Shown here: positions 1 to 18,659 of the stretch, piece after piece | Position numbering within the stretch: position 1 is the stretch's first letter | Layout: each line of letters opens with the position of its first letter | Assembly: GCF_009914755.1 (NCBI RefSeq) | Contig: NC_060928.1 | Source: the human T2T-CHM13v2.0 reference genome, Homo sapiens | Strand: one strand, 5' to 3' | Length of the DNA stretch: 64,000 nucleotides | Position numbers and translations under genes: made by a program | The notes under the pieces: model-generated | The model's database searches: none | What the model was told of the DNA's origin: nothing | Seen by the model: the letters and a program-made list of their open reading frames with translations, nothing else

Positions 1-19
1 TTTGCTCTGTCATTTATTA

Positions 20-190
20 ATTGTGTGGCCTTAGATAATGTTTTTATCTTCTTTGTGCCTACTATTCCATTTTTAAAAGATGGAAATTATATTAGTGCCT
101 AACTCATTGAATTATTTCAGACAATAAGTGAGAAACTACAGATTGTTTAGAATATTCTTAAATCCAAAATAAGCATTCAACAAATGCTAT
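20..190 (+). mobile_element. MIR fragment
   Basis: Diverged MIR core: TGTGGCCTT...TGTGCCT...AAAAGATGGAAAT...AAGTGAGA. Confidence 0.55.
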
Positions 191-799
191 TATATAATTT
201 TTATTTTGCTTATTATTATAATTATAGAGTATGATACAGCCGTAACAGGGAGATCTTTATTTGCTCAGATGTAACAAATCTCTAAGTCACAAAAACCACC
301 TTTACTCTCTTAGATAAGAAAGAACAATTTGTAGGAGGATCCTTGAAAGAATTAAAACTAGTTTTTAATATCTTATTTGTTTTGTTTTTGGTTGGCCTAC
401 AAGGGCCAGTGTCTCACGAAAATGTGTTTCTGTGGAATGAGAAAAAGTTCATCAGAATCCAATGAAACAAGGAACTCAAATGAAATTGAAGCATGCTTCT
501 GGAGTTAATTAACAAGTAATAAGGAGAATAGCATCAAAATCTTGGGCTCTGGTTAGGTATTAATAAAATAGTATTGAATGCTTTACTTTCTAAATAGAAT
601 CTTTTCAAGAAGTTCATATTTTTCTTAATTGAACCTTTTGCTCATTACATGATTTAGTAAGACTCTTGGCTTATTTTGCCTGTTGTTTTCTTTTCTAATT
701 TTGTGTAGATTATCAGATTATGTCAGCTATGCCAAAAAGAAACAACAAAATGTACTTAGCATTCTTTATTTTTTAAATTTAAAGTATATAAAACTTGTT

Positions 800-1700
800 T
801 TTAACAGAATTATTAATATATAATACACATACCATCAAATTCACCATTTTAAAATAAAACTAAGTGATTTTTAGTATATTCAGAGTTGTATGGACATCAC
901 TAAAATATAATTTTAGGAGACTTTGGTAATCACAGAAAAAAACTTTATATCTATTAGCAGTAAATCCTCATTTTCCCCTTCCCCTGGCCTCTGGAAACCA
1001 CTAATCTACTTTCTGTCTTTATGGATGTACTTACTCTAGACACGTAATAAAAATGAAATTGTACGATATGTTATCTTTTATAGCTCACTTCTTTCACTTA
1101 CTGTAATTGTTTTAAGGTTCATCTAAATGGTATAATGCATCAGTACCTCAATCCTTTTTATTGCTGAACAATATTATGTTGAATAGATGAAACACTTTTT
1201 CTTACCTATTCATCATTCCATGGTTATTTGTTTTCTTTCTACTTTTTGACTACTGTGAATAATACTGCTGTGAATATGAATGTACATCTTTTTGTGTGGA
1301 CATAAGTTTTACTTCTTGTTGCTATATAATTAAGAGTTAAATTGCTGAGTCATATGATAACTCTACAGTTAACATTGGGAAAAACTGAAAAATTATTTTT
1401 CATGATGGTGATCTCATTTCCTTTCCTCAACAGCAATTAATGACTGTTCGATTTTCTCAATATTCTTGCCAACATTTGCTACCCTCTATCATTTTTATTA
1501 TTGTCATTTTAGTGTGTGAAATAGTATCTCATTGTAATTTTTATTAACATTCCACTAATGAATAATGATGTTGAGCGTATTTTTCTGTGCTCATTAATCA
1601 TTTGCATAACTTCCTGGAAGAAAATGTATACGTAAAAACTTTGCTAATTTTTAAATTGGGTTATCTACCTCTTAATTGTTGAGTTGTAGTATTTTTTAAA
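800..1700 (-). mobile_element. Old L1M (L1MB-like) 3' end
   Basis: Antisense L1 3'UTR/ORF2 motifs such as AACCACTAATCTACTTTCTGTC and GTAGTATCTCATTGT-like sequence. Confidence 0.75.
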
Positions 1701-1824
1701 ATCACAATTTTAATTGATGATGGAAAGCGAAAGTTTGATAGTAACAATGAATTAAGAGATCCAATATAATAATAAAGCAAAATAACTATTATTTACATAT
1801 TCTGGTAAATAAATGTGGACATTA

Positions 1825-2590
1825 ATTAATTTACTCAATAAGTAGTTACAGAGTACCTTCTATTTCCAAAACACTTATCTTAACATTGAGCTTACAGTGG
1901 TGATATGCCTTTTAGGGCTTCCATTGTTGACAAATAAGGATATGAATTAAAAGTATCTATTCTGTTGCTAATACTCACCTAGTAATAAACAACAGCAAAA
2001 ACAACAAAAAAATGGTCATAATCAGGTAGATAAAACCGCTCTGTTGAGATGACATCGATCTGAGATTTTAAAATAACAACCTTTTAAAGAGGCAGTGGCG
2101 ATCATTTTGGGCATTAGCAAAAGCAACGAAAGATACTAAGGCAACAAAATGATTGATAGGGTTAAGGAAGAAAAATAAGAGGGCTGGTATGGTAGTAATT
2201 TAGATTTAGTAGGGAATAGACAAAATAAAATATTCAATGGAAGATCACATAATGCTTTGTGTTCTATGGTTAGGAATTCAGATTTTCTTCTATTAAATTG
2301 TGTGAGAAGCTATTAAGAAATTTTAAACAAGGGAATAAAATCTCCTTGTGAAAAGATCACCTTTTCTATAATTCGGTAAATAGTTAAGGGAACAAAAAAG
2401 TAGAAGCATAGAGGTGATGAAGGAGGTTATATAATAATCAAAGAAGGAGATGTTGCCCAGGACTCTGGTGGTGATGATAACAGCATAACCTCGGGGACAG
2501 ATTTGAAAGCTATTTTGGAGGTAGAGCTCATGGACTGGCTGATTAGAGGATGATGTGAAAGGTGAAGGAAATGAAAGTATTCCAGATGAA
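1825..2590 (-). mobile_element. L2 fragments
   Basis: Antisense L2 3' end (ATTTACTCAATAAGT...) and a purine-rich L2 body (TATTTTGGAGGTAGAG). Confidence 0.55.
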
Positions 2591-2636
2591 TCCAATTTAC
2601 ATTGCTTGTATCTTTTACCTTTATATATACATATTC

Positions 2637-2862
2637 TCATTGCAACCTCCGCCCCCCGGGGTTCAAGCACTTCTCGTGCCTCAGTCACCAGAGTAGCTGG
2701 GATTATAGGCGTGGGCCACCATGACTTGCTAATTTTGTGTTTTTAGTAGTGATGGGATTTATCATGTTACCCAGGCTGGTCTGGAACTCCTGTCTTCAAG
2801 TGATCCACCCACCTTGGCCTCCCAAAGTGCTGGTATTACAGGCATGAGCCCCTAAGCTTGGC
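2637..2862 (-). mobile_element. Alu (J-like), 3' part and tail missing
   Basis: CCTCCCAAAGTGCTGG, both arms partly present. Confidence 0.85.
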
Positions 2863-5429
2863 ATAAAAAATATATTTTATATTGTATCAGAGTGAATTAT
2901 TAGTGGTGCTTTTTACTTAATCAGGGGAAGGAAGATACTTAATGTTGATTTAGTAAGGAAGGTGATTTTCTTCCACAAAACCATCTTTCAATCAAAAGCC
3001 CAATAGAAGTACAATTTGGAAGCCTACTTATGTATTACCCAGACAGAAATATTCTAGATTAACATCTTCTTCCACAAATTTGGGGTTTTTTAATGCCTTC
3101 AATTAACCATAACTCATCCAAGAAACTAAAAACAATTCTTCATCAGAGCATGTAATATTCACTATGGTCTATTTAAATGATTAGCATAAATACTTCTTAA
3201 ATGAGTCAGGCAGTGGCCAGATTGATGTTCAAACTCTACTTCTGTAATTCCTAAATGTTTAATTATCGTGGACCAGTTTTCTGTCCAAAGTGCTCCTGGA
3301 AAAATAACATAGTAAATGATCGAGGGTGGGAAGATATGGAATTCCTCAAACCTTTCTTTTCTTTAATAATCCTAAACTCTTGGCTTTAATGTCCACCTGT
3401 GATACCAGCTGATATGACAAATATCACATTATATTAAAATATAATATGAATTAAAATATCATATTATCTTCAAATATCTGAACCATAATCAGATTTTCCC
3501 AGATGTCAGGAGTATCTGACGTTAGGAGTAGCTAAATTTACTTTATTTGTATCCTTCTCCTTACTTGCTAGTGATTAGACGAGCAATTTTATCAGTGCCA
3601 AAGTATCAAAAATAACCAACAATGATTGTTGTAGTCACTGGAACAATAGCTCTAGAGCTGTAGTTTTCATCATCACACCATCCACTGAACTCTATCTTTG
3701 TTACATTCCTGGTAACAAATGCTTAAAATGCCATTTAATAAGAAGAGAATTGTGCAAAATTTGGACTGAGAGTCTGCTAAAGCGAACGTAAACTGAAACC
3801 GAAATTTGCTGCTTTGTGGAAAATATGCCTGTTGTAACAAATCTTGTATTAAAAATTTGTTTCCTCAAGATTGTTTTCTTTTCTATCAAACCCATGAAAG
3901 ACCCAAATGGTCTATAAGAGAGGTTATTGATTGGATACAAGGTTTAGACTTAATCCTGTAATATCTGGGCCATAAATCAATTATAGAATATTCATAATAA
4001 TGGGGAAAAACATTTATTAAGCAGAGGTGGAAGTATTTTGCCACAGTCTTCTCATCCAACCCTATTGTGTGGATTGATTAAATAATTGGATTTACCTACA
4101 TCACTATTTTACAATTTGCTTGATGTATCTCTGATAGTTATTTCTTCTTCCTCAGATATTGTCACCCATTACAAACACTACAGATATTCCAGGCCCTACT
4201 TTGACTTAAATTAAACTGAGTAAATATTAGGCAAGATGATCAGATATACTATTCAATGCTTTTAAAAAAGATAAAGCAGGTGGAAAACTATAAAGGAGAG
4301 TTTTCTTTTCATTCATAAATATTCTTTTATTCAGTCATTTTTACTGATTTGTATCTCAGAAGCAGAGCTGATTTGCTAGAACACTTCTTTATCATAAGCA
4401 ACAGAAACTCAACACTAGTTCAAGCCATATACATACACAAATACTGGTTTGTGTGGTTGGGATTTATTGACTTACATAACTAAATTGGAAAAAAGGAAAT
4501 GGTCCCCAAGTTCAGAGACTTGAAAGCCACCATGATTCTTTCTATCACTTGATTGTTTCTTTCTATCTGTTGGCTGCATTCTCTTCTATTGTAGCTTTTA
4601 TCTATATTGATAGGCAACTGTGCAGTGAACACGTGGTTGTTGTGAGAGGGAATATATAGCCAGTGAAACTCAACTATTATAATCATGCTACTTGATTATT
4701 AAAATTGAAATAGTTATTTCTCCAAGCTCCATTTTAAAATAATCCTGGAATAGGACTTTAATTCACTCAGCATCTTTGCAGTCCTGATCAAAACCTGGTG
4801 GCAAAAAGAATGAAATATCAACACTGGCTTAACTTAGATGATGTGCTGACAACTTATACCCAACCATAAGATGAAGAACAAATGCAATCATGTTAAGAAG
4901 ATATCAGCTCCTATTTGACAAATGTAGTAAAAGAATGAGGAAAGTAAGTTTTTCTAAAGAAGAGAATCTGAAGTTTCTGGAGAACTGGTGCTTGTCACTG
5001 AAACCATTGCCCTGTTGCTAGAGCGCAGATCGTTGGGCAATAACAATAAAAAATGTCCACACAAAGGGCTGGCTGTCACTAATAAAGAAAAACATATTGA
5101 CAAGCTCACAGAATTTGATCACTTCAGAGCACTTGATGCAAACCGAGAAAGAAAAAAAAAAGTAAGTAAATAAATAGAGATAAAAGGGGCCTAAACTAGA
5201 TCTCTTCCTCACAAGTATTAGTTATTTATGTTAGTAGGTAGAAAATATTTTCAACATTTCATATAATTCTTAAAATATAAAGGGATTTTATTTGCTTAGC
5301 AAAATATTTTGCTTCTGTTTTGTTTGAGATACTTCTTAGGTACGCTTTCTAATGTGAACGTCAAAATAATTTTCATACCTAGATTTAATTTGAAGTTTCT
5401 AAGTCTGTCTAAAAATACTAATTACCTAG

Positions 5430-5600
5430 ACTCTCCACAGCACTTTTGGAAGGTAGAAGATAACTGTATTTCTCTTTTACAGATGAATGACCCAGAGGCA
5501 GAGAGCTTAAGTGTCTTTGTAAAAACCATACAGTCATTCATGTGTAGAAGCAAGCGTTTACTGTAAGCATGGCCACTGCCTGTTTTTTTAACCATCAGCT
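5430..5600 (-). mobile_element. MIR fragment
   Basis: TTTTACAGATGA...GAGGCAGAGAG core. Confidence 0.6.
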
Positions 5601-6554
5601 TAACTGCCGCTTGTTAAGTAGAAGAGGTAGTGATCCATGCCCTCTATTTCCTTCCATTTAATTATCTGGAATCAGACTGGACTCTGAGACCATTGCCTTT
5701 TGAATTTATTTTTAAAAGCTCATATTTGAAAGATTTTACAAAAATCTGATTCATGTATAAGAACCTGTTTTGTATTTGGGATAAATCCATGTCATTAAGA
5801 GAAATAAAGCTCGGGTAATAAATGTAAGAGAATTTTTACTTGGAACATGTCTGAATGTCTTGAAATTGATTTCACCAACAAAGTAAAATATCTAAGCAAA
5901 TTCTTCTTAAAAGAAAAAATGGGTTAAGCACATAAAAAGAGCATTAAATGTCCTTATTCAAAAGTCAACTTCAAATGAACCCCTTATAAAACTACAAGAG
6001 CAGACTTTTAAATTAGACTAACATTAAACAGGTGCAACAAATATATGTGTCAATACTGTAGTGTTAAGACCTACCATGAAACTAGGATATATAGTAGAAT
6101 GGCAGACCAATGAACTAGGAACTCTAGAGGTAACAATGATAGACAGCAGTATTAACAATATAGATATGGTTTTTAAATCTTTGATTCAGAATTGATTCTT
6201 AACTCCAAACCCACTAATTTAAAAAGAGAGGAAAGATGTTCAAAACAGACTGCACTATAATTGTTTATTTTCTGATTATAAAAAATATTTTTGTTCATTT
6301 TAATCTAAGATATTCTCAATAATCAATGTGTGTTTGTAAAAATGCCTATCAAGATGGAGTGATTAAAAATGCTAAATGTAAATTTACATTTTAATGGCAT
6401 CAACTGTATATACAATGGTAGCAATTATATCTGAAAGTATAGTTAAAATATAATTTGATTGTAATTTAAAATAAGCACCATTTTTATGTCATTAAGTTGA
6501 CTAAAGTATTGATTTTGAAATTAAGAAAAAGGAAAACCTATGTTCAACAATAAG

Positions 6555-6700
6555 ATCTGCCATCTGCAAGCTATGTTACATTGGGGAACTTGATGAACCT
6601 CTCTGAGCCAGGTTTCTCATATATAAAATGATAAAAAGATATGGTATTATGAAAACTGATTATGAAAACATATGTAAATAGCTTCCATAAATCATTATGT
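6555..6700 (+). mobile_element. MIR fragment
   Basis: AACCTCTCTGAGCCAGGTTTCTCATATATAAAATG. Confidence 0.6.
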
Positions 6701-6734
6701 ATAGCAACCATTTATGACTCCTAATATAACTTTT

Positions 6735-11280
<4,546 letters not shown>

Positions 11281-11991
11281 AGTCTTTGTGGTCTGGGACT
11301 TTCGGTTACCATTCTGTTTTGGTGGGCTTTTTTAGAAATTCTGAGGCGACTGACTGTTGTATTCCTTTTTACTACTAGAGGGTTACCTTAGCCCAGGTGA
11401 GACATGAGTTGTTATGATTCTGCAGCTGATCCACAGAGAGCCTCCCACTTCTCAAGTCATTGAGAACTTTGAACCATTGAGAACAACGAACTGGCTGTCT
11501 CCAGTTGTGGGAGAGCCAACTGTGCACTCATGTCATTGAGAACTATAAACCACGCGTCTTGTGACATGGTGCCCCTATACAGACTATTTGGTGGGACACC
11601 TCTGGTAGAAATGGAGATCTATTTCCAACTTCTTTGGGCTGAATACCACTAACCCTACCATCCTCGTTATTCCTAGCTGGTCTTATGTGGTTCAGCACTG
11701 CCAGTATTTGTGGTGTTCCCTGAGGGCCCAATCAGGAGCGAGTCTTTCACAGAGAGATCCAGGATGGTAAAGATGCCAATGTCTGCCTCTAGCTCACATT
11801 TTTTCAGTATAGAAACTGGGAGTCCAGAAGACTTTTAATGTGTGACATCAAAATATCTTTGTGGGAAGTGTGTCACAGTCACACAGAATCAATCTCCTTA
11901 CCATCCAACTGCAGTTTTGCTGATCTTGTGAGCCAAAGAAATTTCACACCTTGCTCCTGTGTTCAGGTTTTCTTAGCTCTAGTGAAGATAA

Positions 11992-12360
11992 TGTGGGGGA
12001 GCTGTAGGCTCTTGGCCCACTAAAGATTCACTAAAAATCACAGACATGTGGTGGATTGATTAATATGAGAAAAGGCATACGAATATATTTAACATGCATA
12101 CACAGTAGTTTCCAGAATGATGACCTAAGTTCCCAATGGGTTACAGAAACTTATCTACTATCCTGAGGCCAAAGTGAGGAATGCAGACTGAGAGCATGGC
12201 CAGAAACAGGTAAATCACATTGAGTGGCAAGACTGTTTAAGAGAGAGAGAAAGAAGCTTGGCTAGCAAAGTTTGTATTGTTATATAGATGAAGCCTCTCT
12301 CAGAGAGAATAGATAATAAGCGTTTCTGTTCAGATTTTTGAAGATGTCTGACTCTCAGTC
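11992..12360 (-). mobile_element. ERV1/MER4-group LTR fragment
   Basis: Motifs AAAAGGCATAC..ATTTAAC and TCAGAGAGAATAGA typical of MER4-group LTRs. Subfamily not assigned. Confidence 0.55.
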
Positions 12361-12366
12361 TCCAAT

Positions 12367-12478
12367 TGTGATGGTTAATATTGAGTGTCAACTTGATTGG
12401 CTAGAAGGATGCAAAGTATTTATCCTGGGTGGGTCTGTGAGGGAGTTGCCAAAGGAGATTACCATTTGAGTCAGGGGG
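12367..12478 (+). mobile_element. MLT2A (ERVL LTR) 5' fragment
   Basis: TGTGATGGTTAATATTGAGTGTCAACTTGATTGG...GGATGCAAAGTATT. Confidence 0.85.
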
Positions 12479-12629
12479 CATGTAATGTTCCAAAAAAAGC
12501 TTAGATGTGTTTTCAAAATGGGGTAATAATACTAGTGACTTTCTAGGATTTAATTAGCTTATATTAGTTGTTATTTTTTCTGAATGCCTACAGTTTAATC
12601 AGTATACCTTGGGGCACTATAACGTAGGA

Positions 12630-12880
12630 GACAACACAGGTTCTGGAGACTAAATGTCTTGATTTAGTTTTCAGCCTGGTTTTCTACCAGCTATGTGGTT
12701 TTAAAAATACTTAAACTTTCTGATGTTCAGATTTTTCATTTGCAGAGGAATGCTAGTATTAATCATACTTAGCTCATATGTTTATCAAAAAATTTAAGAA
12801 TTAAGTGAGATAATAAATGAATGACACTGATATATCTAGCCCATAATAAATTTTTAATAAACTGTAGTTATTACTATTTA
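12630..12880 (+). mobile_element. MIR
   Basis: TACCAGCTATGTGG...TTTTCATTTGCAG...AATTAAGTGAGATAAT. Confidence 0.65.
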
Positions 12881-12954
12881 AAAATTATAGTCCAAATAAT
12901 GTCCCTAGAACAACATTATCTTTACATAAGCTCTTAGGTAAAGATAATATCTCA

Positions 12955-14940
12955 CAGACATCAAAGAAACATACCTCAAAATAATATGAGCTATTTATTA
13001 CAAATCCATAGCCAGCTTCAAACAGGCAAAAGCTGGAAGCATTCCCCTTGAGAACCTGAACAAGACAAGGATGTCTATTCTCACCATTCCTATTCAACAT
13101 ACTATTGGAAGTCTTAGCCAGAAAAATTAGTCAAGAGAAAGAAAGAAAGAAAAGGCACTCAAATAGAATGAGAGGAAGTCAAACTTCTCTCTTTGCATAA
13201 AATATGATTCTATACCTAGAAAACTCCTCTTAGTCTGATAGCCTCAACAAAGTTTTAATGTTCAAAATCAATGTGCAACTATCAGAAATATTTATATAAA
13301 CCAATAACATCAAAGCCGAGAGCCAAATCAAGAACAGAATCCCATTTACAATAGCCAAAAAAAGAATATAACATCTAGAGATAGGGCTAACTAGGTAGGT
13401 GAAAGATCTCTACAATGAGAATTACAAAACACTGCTGAAAGAAATCAGAAGTGACTAAAATAAATGAAAAACCATCCATGTATATGTATAGGAAAAATCA
13501 ATATTGTTAAAATGGCCACACTGCCCAAAGCAACTAACAGATTCAGTGCTATCACTATCAAACTACTAACACCATTTTTCACAGAATTAGAAAAAGATTA
13601 TAAAATTCAGATGGAACCAAAATAAAGTCCAAATAGCCAAAATTTTAATAAGCAAAAAAAATAACAAAGCTGGAGGCATCATCTGACCTCAAACTATACT
13701 ACATGTCCGCAGAAACCAAAGCAGCATGGTACAGGCACACACACAAAAAAAAGTCATATAGACCCATGGAACAGGTTGGAGTACAGAGAAATAAAGCCAC
13801 ATCCTACAGCTATCTAACGTTGGCAAAGTCAACAAAAATAAGCACTGGGGAAAGGAATATGAAGGAATATAAAAACCCTAAAAGAAAGCCTAAGAAATAA
13901 CATTTTGGGCATAGTTTTGGTAAAGCTTTTATGAAAAAGATTCCAACAGCAATTACAACAAAAACAGAAATTGACAAGTGAGACCTAATTAAACTAAAGA
14001 GAATCTGCACAGCAAAAAAAAGAAAAAAAACTATCAACAGAATAAACAGACAACCTACTGAATGGAAGAAAATATTTGCAAACTATGCAATTGACCAAGG
14101 TCTAAAATTCAGAATCCATAAGGAACATAAACAAATTAACAAGCTAAAAAAAAACCAACAACCCCATTAAAAATTGTGCAAAGGACACAAACACTTTTCA
14201 AAAGAAGACATACATGTGACCAACAAGCATATGAAAAATGCTCAACATCATTAACCATTAGAGAAATGACAATCAAAAACAAAATGAGCTATCATCTCAC
14301 ATCAGTCAGATGACTATTACTAAAATGCCCCAAAATAACAGAGGCTGGCAAGTTTGTGGAGAAAAGGGAGCACTTATGTACTGCTAGTGGAAATGTAAAT
14401 TAGTTCAGCCACTATGGAAAGCAGATTGGAAATTTCTCAAAAAACTTAAAACAGAACTACCATTTAACCCAACAATCCCGTCACTGGTATTCCCAAAGGA
14501 ATATGTCTTTTTACTATAAAGACACATGAATGCATATTTTCCCTGCAACACTCCACAATAGCAAAGACATGGAACCAACCTAGATGCCTATCAACAGTGG
14601 ACTGGATGAAGAAAATGTAGTACATATACACATTAGAATACTATGTAGCCATAGAGAAGAATAAAGTCATATTTTTTGCAGCAACATGGATGAAGCTGGA
14701 GGCCATTATCTTAAGTGAATTAATGCATAAATGGAAAAACAAACAATGCACATTCTCACTTATGAGGTAAACAACCGGTACACACAGACACAAAGAAGGT
14801 AATAGTAGACACCAAGGCATACTTGAGGTTAGAGGGTAGGAGAAGGGCAGGATCAAAAAACAACCTATCAGGTACTATGTTCATTTCCTGTGTGAAGAAA
14901 CAATCTGTACACCAAAACTTGGTGACATGCAATTTATCTA
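12955..14940 (+). mobile_element. 5'-truncated L1 (old primate, L1PA15/16-like)
   Basis: Sense ORF2 3' half (CTGGAAGCATTCCCCTTGAGAAC, ATTGACAAGTGAGACCTAATTAAACTAAAG) and the 3'UTR, with internal deletions. Confidence 0.88.
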
Positions 14941-14961
14941 TTTTCTTCTTCTGCATCTACT

Positions 14962-15592
14962 TGTTACCAAAAAGGAGTCCTAATCCAGATTCCAAGAGAG
15001 GGTTCCTGTATCTCATACAAGAAAGAATTTGGGACTAATCCATAGAGTAAAGTGAAAGCAAGTTTATTAAGAAAGTAAAGAAATAAAGAACGACTACTCC
15101 ATAGGCAGAGAAGCAGCGTGGGCTGCTAAGCTGCTTATACTTATTGTTACTTTTAATTATATGCTAAATAAATGGTGGATTATTCATGAGTTTTCTGGGA
15201 AATTGGTGGGCAATTTCTGGAACTGAGGTTTACTCCCCATTTTAGATCATATATGGCAATTTCTTGATATTGCCATGGAATGTGTAAACTCATGATATTG
15301 GTGGGAGTGTATTTTAGCATGCTAATGCATTATAATTAGCGTATAATGACCAGTGAGGACAAACAGAGGTCACTTTCATCACAATCTTGGTTTCGGTGGG
15401 TTTTGGCTGGCTTTTTTCCTGCAAACTGTTTTATCAGCAAGGTCCTTATGACCTGTATCTTGTGCCTGCCTCCTATCTCGTCCTATGACTTAGAATGCCT
15501 AATCTCCTGGGAATGCAGACTAGTAGGTCTCAGCCTTATTTTACCCCTCCCCAATTCAAGATAGAGTCACTCTGGTTTAAACGCCTCTGACA
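14962..15592 (-). mobile_element. MER41B-like solo LTR
   Basis: Minus strand starts TGTCAGAGGCGTTTAAACCAGAG. Length 631 bp. Perfect 4-bp TSD TACT (14958-14961 and 15593-15596). Confidence 0.88.
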
Positions 15593-17672
15593 TACTCTTC
15601 TATATAACACTTTTTATGACAATTAGAACTTTTGATCATCTCCCCACCTGTTAACTACAACCCATCTGTTGCTACTTCTAACTCTATAGTATATATTCAA
15701 AGTCAACCTCACATTCTATCTGGTTAAAAAGAACATGTCATCTTTAAGAATTTTGCTGGATTTTTAACTACTTTTGTTCTTATTACATATTCTATATGTT
15801 TGTTATGTTTTTCCACCTTCCTTTTTCAATGAATCCTCAAAAGCAAACTTTATCAATTAATTAACTTTTTGTTGACTAATCCTTATGCAGGTATCTTCTC
15901 CCAAAAGAAATTGTAAACCTTAGAGTCCGGAGACATGAATTTTTAACTATCATTAAGCTCATATAATGAACGATATAGCTAGATGCAGAGTGGTTACATT
16001 AGTAAGACAATTCGAGTCTCTACCACAATTGCAATAGCTCACCCAGAGGTTTGTTTGAAGAAACGTGACTCTGACTATTGTGTCTGTAAGAAGACAAAAT
16101 ATAGAAATTCAATATTCTGCCAAATGATTAGCAGCAACTTTAATTATTACAATTGTGGGAAGAATGACCTTGACATTGATTTTATAGTAAAAATTTAAGA
16201 GATAATAAAAAGTTGATTTCTTGTGAGAAAGTGATTAAGATAAATTTATACTCATAAATTTATGTATATTCCACATGAAGATTTACTTGTTTTAATAGGA
16301 AATTTATTATTTTAAAACTGCTCTGAAGGTAGAAGGCAAAACCTACAATAAATGGAACATTTTCATTATTAACCTGAAGTGACCTCAGGATTTGTATACG
16401 ATTTACAGTGTGAAATATGTGTGTAAATGCTTCCAAAATCAGTGGTAAGAACTTTTACCATCAGCATACTTCTAAGGCACTTTTCCTTAAGTTGCCACTA
16501 ATATATAGAAATGAAGCTTAATTTTCAGCTTTTACTAGATAGAAGCAAAAATTTGAATAACAGCCTGCAGGCCAGTGCCTGCCTTTTGTATCCTCTTATC
16601 ATTTTCTTTTACATCTCTTCCTTACAATAGCATCATTAATGCATTTCTTCACTTTTTCTGTTGCTATGGAGGAAATCAATAATAAATGATTGACAATAAA
16701 ATGTCTGACCAACTGTAATATCCTTTCAGGGGCATTTATATTTAAAAGAAAGCTTAGTGTTAGAAGAGCAATAATTTCCAGACTTTAATGATCTGATTAA
16801 ATTGAATTAAAAAAATTAAATTTAGGTTTTATGCCACATTTCAAATTTTCCTGGCAGATGTACTTTGCAGATGTGTGAAGGTGTTTTGGGTCTGTATATG
16901 AATTATATCCTTGAGATATTTCCAAAAATGTACAATTAGTGTAATGTTATGTAGTAAACATTTACAAAACTAAGATTTTATTTCAGAAGTATTTAAAAAT
17001 TTTATAAAAAATATTTTAATATTTTGAAAATATGTCCTTGTGTAATATAAATTAAGATATCTAACACTGCTCAAATGTGGTAATGAAAGAAACACCAAAT
17101 AGAATTATTATCATTTTATGTCGAATGCTGGAAACAAGTGATGACATTTTCACTTTGTCCAATTAAACAGATAGGGCAATTTGCTAGATGTCATTTAATG
17201 TTTTCCTAAAAAATTATGCTATAAAATGATATGAAAGGTCAAAATCAGTCTGTGGTTAATATGTTCTTTTCTTCTGTGTAGTAATAAGATACAGTAAACA
17301 TTACTTGTTTTCAAAAAAGTTTATTTAGAACAAAAAACAACTACTCAATAAAAGACAAAGAAATATATTTGTATAGTCCCTCAGAGTAGTTTAAGATCAT
17401 CTAAAGTGAAATTATATTTTAGGTAAATGGCAGTTTTAACAAAGTTACTAATTTCTAAATGTCATATTCCTTGATCAGTAGAATATAATGTTACCCAGAC
17501 TAATTGAATCCTTACCATGTGCATTAAAAATTTTTTTCTAGTTAATTATACAACTATCTTTTCTTAAAAGTAGATAGTGTTTTTATAAACTGTAATAAAT
17601 TTAGCCAAATAGAATTAAATATTATGCTGATCTTTAATAAAATAAAAATTGAGATAAATATTTTATATTATT

Positions 17673-18562
17673 TGTAAAACAAAAATGTAACTGAGACAGG
17701 TCTCAATCAATTTAGAGGTTTATTTTGCCCATGACACAGCCTCAGCAAGTCCTGAGAACATGTGTCCAAGGTGATTTTATATACGTTTCATACATTGTAC
17801 AAGGGATTATAAAATTGATACATTTTAGGGAGAAAGAAGTTACAGGTCAAGATATAAATCAATACATGGAAGGTATACATTGGTTTGGTCCTGAAAGGCA
17901 GTAGTACATCTTGAAGTGGGGGTTGGGGGGCTTCCAGGTCATAGGTGGTCTCAAAGATTTCCTGAATGGCAATTGTTTGGAAGAGCTCTGCTCTACCCAA
18001 TGAGTTGAAATCAGCTTGTGTTCAGGTAAGGGGGAATTGTGGAAGCCAAGATTCCTGTTATGTAGGTGAAGCTCCCAGGGAGCAGGCATCAGAGAGAATA
18101 AATAAGTAGGTCTCTTATAAGACCTTAAGAATGCCAGACTCTCTGAAAAGTACTTACTAATAAGGAGATTCACTAAAGAATGTAAATTTTTACCACAAAC
18201 GCAGCTTTGCAGGGCCATTTCAAAATATGTTGAAGAAATATAGTTTAAGGTAAAATACTTTGATCTCCTTCAGGGACTACTATCTGTCATGTGATATCTG
18301 GCAGAGTTAGGTTGGAGTTTAATATCTTATTTCTGCAGAGTCTGCATTTTCAGTCAAGATTCGTTTTGATGTTAATTCTGATGAGTTGTGTCTAAATTCT
18401 AAAGGAAGGAAGGTATAATGAGGCAAATCTGACCCCCCATCCCACTTCCCCTGAAAGGGAAAAAGCCTGAACTACTTTTTCAGGTTTTTTGGGGATCCTC
18501 AAGGCTGAGAGAGGAGTCTATTCAGTTGGTTGGGGTGCTTAGGATTTTATTTTTGGTTTACA
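17673..18562 (-). mobile_element. MER4-family (MER4D-like) solo LTR
   Basis: Minus strand starts TGTAAACCAAAAATAAAATCCTAAG and contains the CTGAGACAGGTCTCAATCAATTTAGA motif. TSD TATT/TGTT. Confidence 0.8.
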
Positions 18563-18659
18563 TGTTCCTCCAACTAATCAATGTAAATAAAAGTATATAC
18601 AGATACAGAATATATTTTCAATGTAGAACAGTTCAGAATTTAATAATAATGTGAAATGA

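Noticed and set aside
2323-2688. 121-aa minus-strand ORF
   Set aside because: It spans Alu and L2 sequence and has no recognisable domain.
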